From Marsupella aquatica (lineage: Eukaryota; Plantae; Marchantiophyta), in assembly GCA_973895155.1 (NCBI GenBank), contig OZ316898.1, positions 15,220,330-15,284,329 of the forward strand: DNA of 64,000 nt, in the 5' to 3' direction. Below, in pieces: positions 39,701-53,300 of the stretch; within the stretch, counting starts at the first letter, position 1, and the number at the start of each line of letters is the position of its first letter. The notes under the pieces were generated by a model that was not told the DNA's origin, ran no database searches, and saw only the letters and a program-made list of their open reading frames with translations. The position numbers and the translations under genes are program-made.

Positions 39701-40367
39701 CCAAGATTAGATATGCATATTTTTGCCTCGTACATGTTCTTGGGCAAAATATTACCATCTGGTAGCACAGTTGTTCGCAAGAATGCCAACAACTCAGAAA
39801 CCAAAATGTTGGGGACATTGTGGTTGCCGCAAATGTTCAGGAACATGATGACAAATCCCAGTTTAGAACATTTGCTACCGGGGTACAAAGACTTCCTGCC
39901 TTCCTGTATTTGCAGGGGAGAGCCAAACATCCCATCATGCCCAGGGGTTTCCTGCCCTATCTCAAACTCATCAAGAGGCTCTTCGATAGGGGGCACACTT
40001 GCATCTGCAGTCGTATCCTCTTCGTTGTCCAGCCCGTCATGAAATGCATCCAAGTCTTGGAAGATGTCTCTTCCACATGAATTCCTTCGTCACGTGGTGC
40101 TGCCTGAGCACCATCCCGTTGGAGAGCTGACAACCCACAGAGACCAGCTACAACATTTTCAAATGCACCAGGCAGAACCTCACTTGCCCGTCTTGCAGCA
40201 TTGGCAGCATCAAATTCTAACCTCCACTCCTCGTCAGAAGAATCTTCCTCTGCAGGATCATTCCAAACTCGATGTCGTGGATCTCTTCCATGAACCACGA
40301 TATGCCGCCAAACCTCATTCAAACCCCTGGTACGGGATCCTTGGCAGATTGCACAAGGACATCTCAT
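36787..40367 (-). pseudogene. CACTA Tnp2 transposase (Transposase_21, DUF4218, DUF4216-like regions)
   Basis: MRCPCAIC, IHACPDGHVLF, EPRNVRLGLSLDGVNPF, YNLPPW, ADYPA, IDVMHIEKN, MKSHDYH, FPPAFFDVMTHL, WLYPLERYMK, EPFVFPSQVEQAFF. Confidence 0.93.
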
Positions 40368-40941
40368 CCTACTGGCTCCTGAAAGTCTGGTTCATAACCT
40401 TTCACGCTGCCAAAGCTTATTATCATGGCGTGATATCCTTGTGGGATGATGCAAAGGCAGTGCCTGTGCCCTAGGCTGGGTCTGGGGAGGGTGGTGACCA
40501 GGGTGCATTGTAACAGGCTGGGAGCTCTGCAGTCATGGACAGCAGTGAACAAGGATGCCTAATGGTGGTATTTGTGTTCCATATATCCCTAACTGTATCT
40601 GCCAAAAGAGTTAACATAACGTGTACTAAATTCTCACAAACCCTAAACCACCCCAAAAGTAAAAAACAGGTTCGCAAGTAGTGTACCTATTGTCAAGTGA
40701 ATGACACAAAATTCCTAAATGTTGGAGGGTGTCACCACCTCCTCCGCTGTCCTCAAATGTACCGCCTCTGCATGTACGTTTATAGTGACACCCCCAGGCA
40801 GCAGGAAACAACAATCCGCCAACAGTAAAATAAGCCCAACTGCCACCAACCATAACAAGGTACATTAGTTCAAAGATCACATTTATTTCAATGATCTGAT
40901 TTATACAAAAAAACTTGTGTCCAAACTGATGCTACTACTCC

Positions 40942-41824
40942 TCACTCTGATTCAGAATCGCTAATGACCCATTCCTCACTTGTTGTCTCATAGTCCTCTC
41001 TGTAAGGATCCTGACCCTTCCGTGGCCAGGCCTCAAAAAGATCATAGTCCATTGGGTTTTGACGCTTCCCAGCTGCTACTGATTCCACAAGCCAAGCATA
41101 TGAAACCACAAACACATTATGGGACATGACATAAAAGCGAATGTCTCCCTTCCCAAACTTGCGGCAGGCTTTGGGATATGACTTAGTAATGACATGAGTG
41201 GTGTCCTCTGTTATATTCTCCTCCACTATCCCACCTAGGTCAAGCACTGTGGACTTGTACACTTTGCACTTAACCTCTCCAATTCTTGCCTCCACAAATA
41301 CCATGCTCAGCCCTTTCAGAATGGGGGTTGGTTGCTTCGTCTCCTCAGCCAACATACTCTTCAACCTTGTAGAGCTCTGTCCTTTGTTGAGTACAGGTCC
41401 ATATTGGAGATCAGCAAGCCGTGCCTTTGCTTCCTAGACTTCTTGTTCAGCCCAAGCTAATGCAGTAGCTTCTTCATCCTCCCACAACTCATATTGCTCA
41501 GTATCCTGTACAATCTTATGTGCTATGGAATCTGTACGTGATCCAAGAGGCCTCAACTACTTTTAGGCCTTGCTTAGTAATTGCAGAATTCATGTAGGAC
41601 CATGACCACTTCTTTATCACTGATAGCCATGTCCCTGCAACAACATGTGTAGTCTCTGGAGTGATGTCCTGAACTACAGTGCCATGGAGCTCAGAGAATC
41701 GTTTCTGTATAGTTGGCCAATGCACTTTGGTCAACCCATGCTGGCCATGGACCAAAATTGCTCTGACCCCTATAAACACTGCTGGGTGGTCACACTTTCT
41801 ACGTTTCCCAGGCTCCATGTGCAC
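40942..41824 (-). CDS. Two BRCT domains (CACTA cargo; possibly exons of one gene with the PHD block)
   Basis: LHGTVVQDITPETTHVV..VVEASWI and LGGIVEENITEDTTHVI..VVSYAWLVESVAAG (G-G, THV, WxxxS BRCT signature). Confidence 0.8.
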
Positions 41825-42416
41825 ACACCCTACGTGATGACAGTGAATTTTGGAAGAATGGGTTCACCTGACAATACAAGGACAACAAAATTCCTGCTTT
41901 TTGAGTTGATCTGGCCCACTGGTGCTCAGGTCCAATTTTGATAGGTACAAGGGATATGTGAACAATACGTACTAGGCACCTGCACGGATGCAGGACATTG
42001 TTTGAATATATACTACAAAATCCATATCCGTGGTGAAATGAAGTGCAACCAACTTGTCATGGCACATACATATTTTGTTGTAAAGGAGGATACATTCAAT
42101 GACAAACTTATAGGGCAATTTGATTAATTGCATGCCTGATAATTTATACGCTTACAACTTAGAAGTCCTGTTTTAATTTAGCAGTCTGATGAAAGTGTTT
42201 ATGAAAATGACCACTCAGCCTAAATACTTCCAAGAAGGCTTGTAAGGATAAGTTTGTATAGGCATGTACCCAGCCACTGACGCCAGAGCACAAGATAAGT
42301 GCTGCCTATATAAACTCGCCTACCCAACTCCTTTTCAAAATTGGAATCTCTGCAATCTCAAAAAATAGTACATCCACATCAGGTGCACTGTGCATGTACA
42401 ATGTTCAGCTTCACAG

Positions 42417-43091
42417 TCAAGATATGTGATCTCTCACAGGAGTGCGCGAGGTAGGATCAATGGCATGGCGATGACAATAAAATATCCATCGATCAACACC
42501 ATGTGTAGAGTGATCATAGATTTCTCTGTCACAAGCATAACCCTCTGCTTGACGATCTTTCAGGCAATGATAGTGCCACATAGTGGGACACCTAGCACAG
42601 TGGACTATGTCAGTCCAGTAGTCATCATCATGCTCACCACATGCCTTGCACCTATGAAGTGGGCAAGCTGTGGCATGAGCAGGCAAACACTCAAAACAGA
42701 AAAATCTCACACAAAAACGGTCTGGACATTTCCTAACATTTGCTGCAGCATCAACAGAGCCCTCATAGGACCCCAAATTCCCACACTGTCCACACTTAGC
42801 CTGCTTCTCCAAACAATCAGTGCACATCCAGTCTCCCTAGTGTGTTGACGGGAGGCCCACCCCTGGACAGTTGTTTTCTGTAGCAAGGTCAGACTCCGGG
42901 TTGAGGTGGAAATGCCTCATGCAAGGGCCCTCACAAATGACCAAGCCCCCACCATCGTCACAAATGGCACAACAATGAGCTACCTTATGGAAAATCTGAC
43001 TTGCAGAGAAGTTAGTAGCATCTGCCCCAAGTACACCTGTGTTTCTCACCTCTGTCACACGCTTTTTGGCTTGAATTTTAGGTCGTGCCAT
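42417..43091 (-). pseudogene. EDM2/NSD-type tandem PHD-finger cassette (CACTA cargo; one in-frame stop)
   Basis: CAICDDGGGLVICEGPCMRHFH..C..CTDCLEKQAKCGQCGNLGS..CPLHRCKAC..CARCPTMWHYHCL..IFYCHRHAIDPTSRTPVRDHI parallels the plant EDM2 PHD region ending YCxxHEID...TPVRDH. Confidence 0.8.
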
Positions 43092-43102
43092 GCCTGCGCA
43101 TG

Positions 43103-43245
43103 AGATAGACTCTACAGTTTAGCAGACTGCACAGAAAGTAATATATATTTAGCATTTAAGGTACAAAGGCATTTAGATAGACTCTACAATTTAGCAGACT
43201 GCACAGAAAGTAAAATATATTTAGCATTTAAGGTACAAAGGCATT
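43103..43245. repeat. 72-bp tandem duplication upstream of the PHD cassette
   Basis: agatagactctaca(g/a)tttagcagactgcacagaaagtaa...ggtacaaaggcattt at 43103 and 43175. Confidence 0.9.
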
Positions 43246-45322
43246 TGCTACTGCAATGAATTGGAATGGCCACACAAGGATGCAGAGCAGACATACTTTT
43301 GGTATGTTGAGCCCACACACAAACCTGATCCCCTAATACAATTGCTCCACCAACACCTCAATTTTAATTGTGGCTATGATTCACCAAAGGAGATCTGCAA
43401 CAACATTTCATGCATTTGAATCACATACAATAGTCGTGACATGTAAAACAGACATTCTTCGAAGAGGATTGGTATGAAGCAGTGTCATAAGGGTTGAAAT
43501 TTATACATCCTAAATAGGCTATGATAGTGGCTGAGACAAATAAGTGATGCATAAATCACATTTTACAGGTTATCACATGGCCCATTAATTCATTGAACGT
43601 TGCAATGTTCACCAGGTTAAAGCAGTCATGAAAGCAGTCTTTCAATAGAGACTTTTATGCGAGTTTGCTAGCCTCTTAAATTAGGATATTTTGCTTAGTG
43701 CAGGCATAATAGGATATAAGTTATGTACTGTTGACCCTAAACCCTGGACCCAAAATTGCTCATACATCAAAATTTTAAGTAAATATCCTCTGTGTTGAAG
43801 TTAGAGTGTTAAGCTATAGGTCAATGGTATCTGGTCTGTGCATGCGGTGTGACAAGTGGTCCTCTAGAGCATGTGATCCAAACATGTGTAGACACCAAAG
43901 TCACCGGTGGTGGGGTCTGGGAGGGCAGGACAAGTGACATCACCAGGCACACTGCAGGATGGCGAGTGGTTCCAGATGATACATTGTGCTCTGTGCAAAA
44001 ATCGGCATCCAAGAGAACGGTCATCCAATTCTGGGCCAGAAGCCCTACAGGCAGGACAGTCATATTGGCAACTGTGTACACACCCTTGGCACCTAATTTG
44101 TGGCGGGTCATGTACAAGAGACACAAATACCAAGGATGTCGGGAAGGGTACTGAAGCAGGTAGAGGTTGGCTGTAGTTGTTCCTGGAAACAACAGGGTAC
44201 TCAAAGTACCATGCAGACTGGGCTGGAAGGATCCCAAGTCTGACATACTCAAGGCGCAACATCTCTGCCTTGCGTGCAAGTCGCACATGTTCAGCGTTGC
44301 GGGTCCTCACCATAAGTGTTGCTTTCATTGTGATGTCCTCTGTTCACGTCCTTTGATGAGCAAGGTGAGCAGGAGGTCGACTTGCCTCGCCAACAGCAAC
44401 CACCTAAACTAATCAGTTCCCACTCATTGTCTTGGTTCCAACTACAGGTCATAGTATACACATAGCATGAAACGTGCATAGTACATATTTGATTCTGAGT
44501 TTATGAGTTTCCTAAGACAAAGAGCTTGGTGATAAACCCATATTCTCGACGGACATGTATATCAATCATATTAAAATCCTGTTTTTTCATCCAGAAAGAC
44601 CGAAAGTCTCACCTTGCAGGTTCCAGCAGAGAGAAAATTCACTGGTTGTCGTGTTGTGCAAGTGAACCTCCACTGATGCCCCCGGTGTAGCCCCTCAGAT
44701 GCAGGTGACACTTACCAACTCCCAAGTTGCCTGGTCTAACAGAAAATGCTTATATCTTCAAAACTTTATAGAGCAAGTACATGATCACATACTTCTGGAT
44801 CTATTCATATTTGGAACTCTTGCCAACTACAACTCCCATTATGCACAAGCTCACATCAACAGAGAAAGATACAGAATGCATACTTACTATGGCTCTAAGC
44901 ACCTTCACTACCTTGTTGAACCCAGTCCTGAAGTCTTTTCAGCGTGTTTGTTGTGCTGTCTCCTTTGGCACCCAACACCTTAGTCCTTGATGTAACAAAA
45001 TGCGATTTTACAAGTTAGATGCTTTGGAACCTTCTATGGTCTTAGCTGAATTGATGTCATCGTAAGTGGTGAAAGACAAGGAAGATGAAAGCTGGTTGAA
45101 GAGCTGTGGACAACACACTAGCATGAAGTGCTTCAACCAATCCATTGTCAAACGGAACTCTTACACAGTCACATTCTTTCAATAAACAGAAACTCAGTTA
45201 AACTTCATAATCAAAGTACAGACTCTGAAGGACCAAAGGAGGATGTTGTGAGTTTCTCTGTTGTTTAATGTGTTACCCTTCTAGTTTCGAAGTTAGCAAA
45301 TGCTGAATAATGTGTCTACCAG

Positions 45323-45662
45323 ATCTTCGAAAAGAAGCCCACCACAATTAAGAACTTCGGTATCTGGGTGAGGTATCAGAGTTGTACAGGTTATCCCAAC
45401 ATGTACAAGAAATATCGTGATACCACATTAAACAACCACACAGCAGATGTATGATGAGATGGCTTCTTGTCATAGAGTTTGGTTCCCTTGCATCCAGATC
45501 ATCAAGACTACGACAGTCCCTGTCTCTCTGTGCAAGCGAGAAAGTACCAAGCAGTTCCATGATTCAAAGATCAAGTTCCCCTTGACGTACCGCAAGATTC
45601 AACCTCCATCGCGAAAGCTAAAGACGACTTACAAGGCCACCAAGCCCAACACATTTGTTTGA
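45323..45662 (+). pseudogene. RPL18A: Captured 3' exon of 60S ribosomal protein L18a (eL20), frameshifted
   Basis: [31 protein letters not shown] / [50 protein letters not shown]; preceded by a ccag splice-acceptor-like site. Confidence 0.9.
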
Positions 45663-47498
45663 GTAGTGCGGGTGCAGGTTCCCAATTTTGAAACAATTTG
45701 GCTCATTTTATGTCCCGAGGGACTCCAGGAGTTTATGTATTGAGTTTCTAGGTCAAGATGCTTAATATAAGGAAATTCAATTATCACCTCGTTCCCAACT
45801 TCTATTAATTGAATATACACAAGCTGGAAGCAAGAAGACAAGCCACAATCTAGCATCTTAGCCAAACACAATCGTCCCGACAAAGCAAAACTCAGCTGGA
45901 CAGAAGTGTGGATCCACAAAAAATTGAAGATTCACCTCCAAGCCGGAGGCTGATCACTTCAGTACAGCAGCTTCTGGACGGAACAAACTCTGCTCAGCCC
46001 CACAGAAACACAAATGTTAAGGCTCCAAGTCAGAGCTCACAAACAAAAACTCAGATAAATAACATTCAAAATCTGTCCAGGTTTGTGCAAAGTGTACATA
46101 TTCATTCTTTTGGAATGAACACGCAATGCATACATCGCCTAGACACAGTCATTATAAATCATTGGGCAATTGGGGACCACTAAGCAGGTGTGTTCCTATT
46201 TCGAGGCTACAGGAAAGGATAGAGTGACACCAAACTGAAGAGTACACCAAAAGAAAAACAGCAAGAACCAAAGTCAATCATGTGTGGATAAATTGCACAT
46301 GGGAAGTTCCCCTGAAGAAGCACCAGTTGCTAACATTGTCACCCGAACCACACCCAGTTTATTACCTCAATGTCTTCAGCCTCAATATCCAATCCTCAGC
46401 CCCCTGGTGCTTCCGTGTTTGTTCTGAACATTTCTGTGATGAAATAATTATTCAATACATTCAATAGCAAAGAGAACTCAATCACAAAAGAAAAATAGTT
46501 ACGGTGAATGCTAATTTCTCAACACTTAACTAAATTCAAACCACCAATTCAAGTAGTAAGTTTCAAAAACTTGCCTTTACATGAAGAGAAACCAATTGGC
46601 CATGCATGTTACTAAAGCAATAAACAAATAATTAGGCTCAACCCCGGTCTCAACACACAGGCAAACTACTCGAAACATGCTGCTGAGAAGTAGCATTTTT
46701 TGAATGTCAGACTATGTGTAAGTGCCATGATCGTGCTCCTACGTTTCACAAGGAGGGCTGGCCCGAAAGGGAGAAGCAACAATGTGGAGTCTATACACGT
46801 AGCACAAATCCCAGTTTAGAAGGGTGGATGAAGTTCAGACAAGAGTTCAGAACTTGCCATTTGAGATTGCCAATCTGAACTTCACATTCAGACAAGACTT
46901 CATCCAGTTCAGGAGTTCAGATAGGAGTTCAGACAATCTGAAGAGGACTTTGGACTTGAATGAGGGACAGCGTGGCCATATAGTTATCCTTGTGGCCTTC
47001 AGCTGCGTGTCTCAGGCTGAATTTCACTTTCCAGTTTCGAGAGTTCTGAAGGTCTAGTTTTAGTAACTTCCTCCTGACTCGACTTGGGAGCATTCTCCCT
47101 ATTTGCTAGCTTGTAGTTAGCTTTGACTCCTGTGAGCTTAGTTGACGACCCTCTTGAGATATTAACAATTAGAACAAACACAAGTTGTCAAGACAGATTC
47201 CACCGGAGCAAAAAGTCCAAAATCAGGTGAAAGAAAACCTAAGGAAAGTCCATAAGAACGAAAGTAGGAAGGCAGGTGCACGGGCCACCGAGAAAAGTAA
47301 AGGATGCATGTGATTAGTGGGGAGGGATCTTAGCAAAAACAGGGGAAAGCAAGGGAACTTGCTGCTAAAATCAGTTGAACGATTGCACGGTTCCTATAAA
47401 TTTAGTGGACCTTAAGGCCGTCTGTTCACCCCCCCACCCCATTGCCAGAGCACGGGGCACAAGGCATGTTCTGATACAGGGAGGAGCAAAACAGTCAT

Positions 47499-48545
47499 GT
47501 CAAGCAAGAAGTGTGGAGAGACCAATCAGTAAGCAAAAATAGGGGAGAACATACATACATGATCAGCAGCAGCAGGAAACAAGAAAGATGATTTCGGGTG
47601 GCATCTTAGGGTCGGGGACACCACTGCAACACCGGGACTTAGGATATGAGTTGTTCTTAATCTGCTAGTAGCATCCGGCAGGCCGGCGACCCATGGCAAA
47701 AGGGCAGAGCAGCAATCCGCTAAAACTACCGAGTCTCACCTTTGCGCTACTGACTGTCACCTTTGTCCAAGGTAGCTAGTAATAGCAAGTTGAAGTCCCG
47801 CTCCAAGTTGTCGGCTTCCACTCCAAGCTCCCTAAAAGATTGTGGCCTCAGGTCCAAGTCGTTAGCTCGCACGCGCAACTCCCTAAACCTACACACAACG
47901 GAAGCTTAGCTCACCAACAACTTGCAGAAACAATGACCTCCCCTCTGAAACTGATAAAAACACGTGAATACAAATAGTGAAGCACGAGGACAGAACAGGG
48001 AGAAGCATTTTGCAGTTTGGGACGACAATGCTAGGAGTGTATACACTTCGGGCAACAGGGAGGTCCAATAATAGTTTGAATCTGACGGATGAAGCTCTAG
48101 GCGAATGAGCTCCAGGAGATTGGGTGCATGATTGAGCAGGCGATTGTAACAGCAGGCACCTGGCGATTGAAGGAAGCAGCATTCGGCAGTGGACCTAGGT
48201 AGCTCGCGAATTTTGCTCAACAGCGATGTCACCTAGACCCTAAACACGCAATGCATACATCACCTAGACAACTATACTTGAAGCCACGAGGTGAGTCCGC
48301 GATAGGGGATTGAAGGAAGCAGCAAGTCAAGCAAGAAGTGTGGAGAGACCAATCAGTAAGCAAAAATAGGGGAGAACAGACATACATCAGCAGCAGCAGG
48401 AAACAAGAAAGATGATACTCTGTTCCATCTTAGAGTCGGGGACACTACTGCAACACCGGGACTTAGGATATGACTTGTTTTTAAACTGGAGATAGCATCC
48501 AGCAGGCCGGCGACCCATGCCAAAAGGGCAGAGCAGCAATCCGCC
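47499..48545. repeat. ~220-bp dispersed direct repeat inside CACTA (copies ~47499-47720 and ~48326-48545)
   Basis: gtcaagcaagaagtgtggagagaccaatcagtaagcaaaaataggggagaac...aaaagggcagagcagcaatccgc in both copies. Confidence 0.85.
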
Positions 48546-50338
48546 ATGTAGCGATAGGCGAGAGCAGCAATTACGACGATGAAAGATGGTCGAAGCTGAA
48601 GCAAAACCCCTAAAGATGCAGCTTGGCCATACTCTCCTTCCTCACCTCATAGCGCTAGGCATTCAACCTCCCTCTTCAATGAACCTCACAGCAGCTTGAA
48701 GGTCGATAGATTTTACCTCGTCTCCTGAGCAGAAACGTCTGCATTAGCTGAACAGAGCCCGGAACAGAGCTATCGCATTTAGCCTCCCGACTCCAAAATC
48801 GAACGCAACACAACCTCCAACTCCCAATGGCAGCTCAGTAGGTTGATCAGCTCGGTCAATGCAGGTCAGTCGACCTCAATAGCCACACTAGAAGCTCACC
48901 GCAAGTCACTCAAAGGTCAGACTAGAAGCTCCGCCGCCTTCACACCGTAGCAAAAAACAATGAGACCAATATCGAGCAAGGCGACCCTGTTTGAATATTT
49001 GGCGACCATCAGGCTCCACCCCTCCTTTCTCGCTACCGTTCCCCCATGTGATGGTTAAGCTTCTCAGGACACAAGTCAATCAATCGCAGAAATGTAGCTT
49101 AAAGCAGGACCTCACTAAGCAGACTATCGGTTAGGACCTTATAGACATAGAGATAGATAGGTCAATGCAACCTTACTTGGGCCGATGCAGCATGTCTCTT
49201 GACAATGTGAAGCAGCACAGCATTCCTCCACCTAGCTCGTAGTGATCCTCCGCCTTGCTTGCAGTAACCAGCCTCCGCCTAGCTAGTTTGCACTGTCACG
49301 GCTGCAACTTTTTGTGCAATGACTTGGCCCTCCTACCAACTACGAGCTCCCAAAAGTATGTCGAGCAGATGTACACTCAAGCACCACCTTGTAGAGCTCA
49401 ACTCCAAGTCGGCAACTCTCACTTGAAACTCAATAGCAGCTTAGCTCACCAGCAGGTTGAAAAGCGACAATGGACTCCCCTCAAAACTGATTGGAGACCT
49501 CCACACTGACGCTCGTAGCAGGCCCAATCCTAAACACATTTGCACCCTAAAGTCCAGTCGCGCTCAAACACTTTCAAACGACCCTGCAGGAAGTTCGCGA
49601 AGAGTGCAGCTGGAATGAAGGTCGTCGACTCCCAATTTCCCTCGCAAAACCAACCTCTGCGGCACACTGACCCTGAACACTTAGGGCAAGTAGTACCCCC
49701 AAAATCTCTCGCAAAACCAACCTCCAAGGTACACTGACCCTGAGGGAAAGTAGTACCCCTCACATGTGGGCAGCCATCGAGTGACTTAGCAAACAGGTTG
49801 GTTTGGACATAAAAGAACCAATGCAAATGACTTAGCAAAAAGTTCAATGTGGGGAGAGTGCACTTTGGTCAAGAACAAGGCCAAATATAGTCAGGTATGA
49901 ATCCACATTATAAGTGAAAGTACCCACCATTCTGATGAAAACCCCCATATTTATACCCATTATATTTGGACTTATTGAACCACGAGTGTGCAATATGTAG
50001 TTGCACCGGGAGTTGCATATTAGGGATTGGCATCCGAAATTGGCTAATGGGGTATGCATGCTGACGGAATTTTAAAAAATGATGTCCAATTCATATTGCA
50101 CTATTGTGGAGTAACTAACATAACTTACCTATTTCTTACTTACCAGTGTTACAATAGCGACATTGGATAAAGTTGTAAGCATGACTTCCCACAACCTCAC
50201 CAAAACTTAGTTGGTATGATGTAACTAACATGACACCCACAAACTTGGAGTCGCATATTTATGAAGGTCTCGCACAAGTCACATAGGGGAGGGTCTCAGA
50301 ATGGGTGGTTTTCTTCTAGTGATCCCTCTTTTGAAGCC

Positions 50339-53300
50339 ATGGCTCAAAATATCGTTGTCACGAGGAAGGACACTCGAGATGTAATCACAATTCCCGTCCT
50401 TGAATCATCTTAATCAAAGCGTGTTTCAGAGGAATATTTGGGAGTGAGATTTGATGTCACCAAGGAGTTTATTTTAGCGATCTCGTTAGTGTCGGTTTGT
50501 TTGGGGGAGACTCCAGTTTTCTACGATGTTGTTCATGGTCAAAGATATTGGACTCTGGAGGCTCAGAAAGAATATGAGGTTTTTGTTTTGAGAGATTCTG
50601 GGGCCTCCTATACTCGTCCTCCCACAGCGGCTGAACTCGATGTCATTGAACTCTCGGAAAGTTCTGGAGATGATAAGCAAGCGACAACTACTCTTGGAGA
50701 GAAGATTCCAGTTTACCCATCTGAGGTTAAAAAGGAGTCTAATGCGGATCGAGAAAAGATTGTGCCTTTGATTGTGTACCGGTAGAGTGCAATGGATACA
50801 ATCTTGAAATCCAAAGGTCATAGTGAATTGTCTCGGTTTATAAGGGGGAGTGATTTTGTTCATCACGTAGTGCCTAGTCTTCCCACATCTTACAATGGGA
50901 ATGTGGTTTTTGAGTTACCCCCAGTAGACTGTGTGAACGCAAAAGGTGAACGTTTGAAAGATATGGATCGTGGTAAGGATTGTTATTATTGGACTCGGAT
51001 TGTGAAAACGTCTTCAAATGTTCTTCCGAAGAAAATGTGGGATTTTGGGAAAGTCCAGTGTACCGGATCGCTGCAGTGTCGAAATAATGCTTGTCCGTGG
51101 TGGAAAGAATACAAGTTTTGAAATAATGAGATGTGGGCAAGAACCCCAAAACTTTCGGGCCCATTTCGAGTTGGGGAATTGATCTCCGAAGGTGGAGTTG
51201 TTTGTCACCATTGCTCCGAACCTCCGATGTGCGTTGAGACCTGCCCTGCTCTAATGTTCTACATGTATCCATCTGCGAAAGTTGACGTTAAGTCTTTGGC
51301 CCACATGTCACGACTAGCTGTTCATATGGGATTTCACAATCATCCCAATCGATGGGTCTTTTCGAGGGAGGCAGAAAAGGTTGCAAGGTCTCATCTGGAG
51401 AAGGGATTCACTGCAAACCCCATGGCATCCCCAGCAGGGATAAAAAACTCTGCGATTGAGACACTGACGAATACATTTTGCGAGGCCTCTATTGAAGAAA
51501 TCTCTCTCGAAGAAGAGAAGGAAATTTGGGAGTCCCTGATGGTCGTGGCATCTCCTCAGAAGTTTGCATCCGCGGTAAGGAGTGTCCGTCAAGATCAGAA
51601 GGGGAAAGGGGAACTGGAATTTCTTGTGAGGATGCAAAAGTGTATCCGACTGCCTTTTCTTCATAGGTTCTTGCTCCCTGGTCAAGGCTGCCAGGACGAG
51701 AGTGCTCATATCTTTAAAATGACCGTAAAAGGCTAGGTGACAGGAGTGGTCTAAACCTGCTCCAACAAATGAAACCTGGTGGGTCGTTAGAGGGTTCATG
51801 GGTAAGTTTTGACGTGATGCATCGAAGCACGACAGATTGGCTTACTTTCATTGCCCATGTATATGATCATCATCACCGGGCACTTTGCACCATATTCACT
51901 TGTGAGCTAAAGGCTGAAGATGCAAAATCTCTGGAGAGAGCCTGGCGTTTGATGGTAGAGGTTGCCAATGAAAATGGTTTACAGGATGTTACAATTCGGG
52001 GATTCATGGCGGACAATGCTCAGGCTGGTTGGAATGCTGTTTGAAACGTGTTCTTTGATGGTGTACCCAACCCAGAGCGAGAAAGATCAGATGCCTCTCA
52101 TTTTTTCCAATCTTTTCATCGTCATTCCCGAGAAGGTGTGAAAGATGGGAAGCACGGAGAGCACAAGGAGATATGGGATCGTCTTCGGAACGCGCCAACT
52201 TTCTTGAAAGCATATCGAATCTCGAGGGAAATTGATGACTGGTGGAGGTTTGGCAATTGTCACTCAGGCAAACTTTGGATGCTGCAAGGGTGGCTATCTT
52301 GGTGGGTTGTCCGATGGAGACAATGGGGGAACTTCATAAGACTAGTGAGTTATACACTGCTCTAGGATGCATGTTCCCATTAATAGCGCTCGGTGCTAGT
52401 GAAGCATGTGTGAGATAGAAGAGTTCTTTATCCGCAAGAGTAGCGCCAAGCGCTAATAATCCGTTTGGACTATGAGTGATGTAAGGACTTACTTTATTAT
52501 GTGTTCAACGGTTCTTTACATGGAAATATCATCATCAGTTTATTAGCGTCTGGCGCTACTGTTATTTCCATTGTGTTGCCACTTTTGTGTGCAATTTCTT
52601 ACATGTACTAAACCCTTGCGTGCAACGTTTCAGAGCAAGAGTGCCGAAGAAGCTGGGATGATTCCTAATTGTACTAGTTTGGAATCTAGGCATGCTGGAA
52701 TGAAAGCATGGCAACAAAAAAAAAAGGTTGGTCTGTTTGAAGGATGCAAAATGGACCAAAATAGAGCGGTTGCTCAAATTGCTGCTTATACTGCATACAA
52801 AAGGGGATTGAGCAGAGGAATTGGCCCAACTATTTTTGAGCTTGCCTTCAGATCGGCGGACCTGGCGGGGTCACCGCGTCTCTTTGAGGAAGCCACCAAT
52901 CTCCTCCTGTCGAACGCGCTGAGTTTGATTTGGAAAGAAGCGTTCCATTGAATGGTGATGTTGTAACTCGATTGGTGAAACGAAAAGGACATGCAACTGG
53001 GAACGTCTCGGCAGAAGACTCGCACAGGCATGATACCATCCTTGTTACTTCACCAAATACAAAAGGTTTGAAAAGGAGAAACCTGCATTCCACTGATTTT
53101 GAGAAAATGCCTTCTACGCCTTCAACCGGTGGAATTGATGCGGTCCATAATTTGTCAAAAAGCGATGCTTTTGAGGAAGTTGTGGTCATTGACACACCTT
53201 CGCGTCGAGCAACAAGATCCTCTGTCCCACCAGTGACCCTTGCAAGACCTGTCAAGACTGCATATTGTCATTCAATTTCCCCAATGGAAAGTGAAGTACC

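Larger units (their letters stand above)
32071..50321 (-). mobile_element. CACTA (En/Spm) DNA transposon, 18.25 kb, with captured gene fragments
   Basis: TIRs CACTAGAAGAA / TTCTTCTAGTG, 3-bp TSD ATC (32068-32070 and 50322-50324), dense GTGACT/AGTCAC subterminal motifs at 32100-32390, Tnp2 transposase. Confidence 0.95.
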
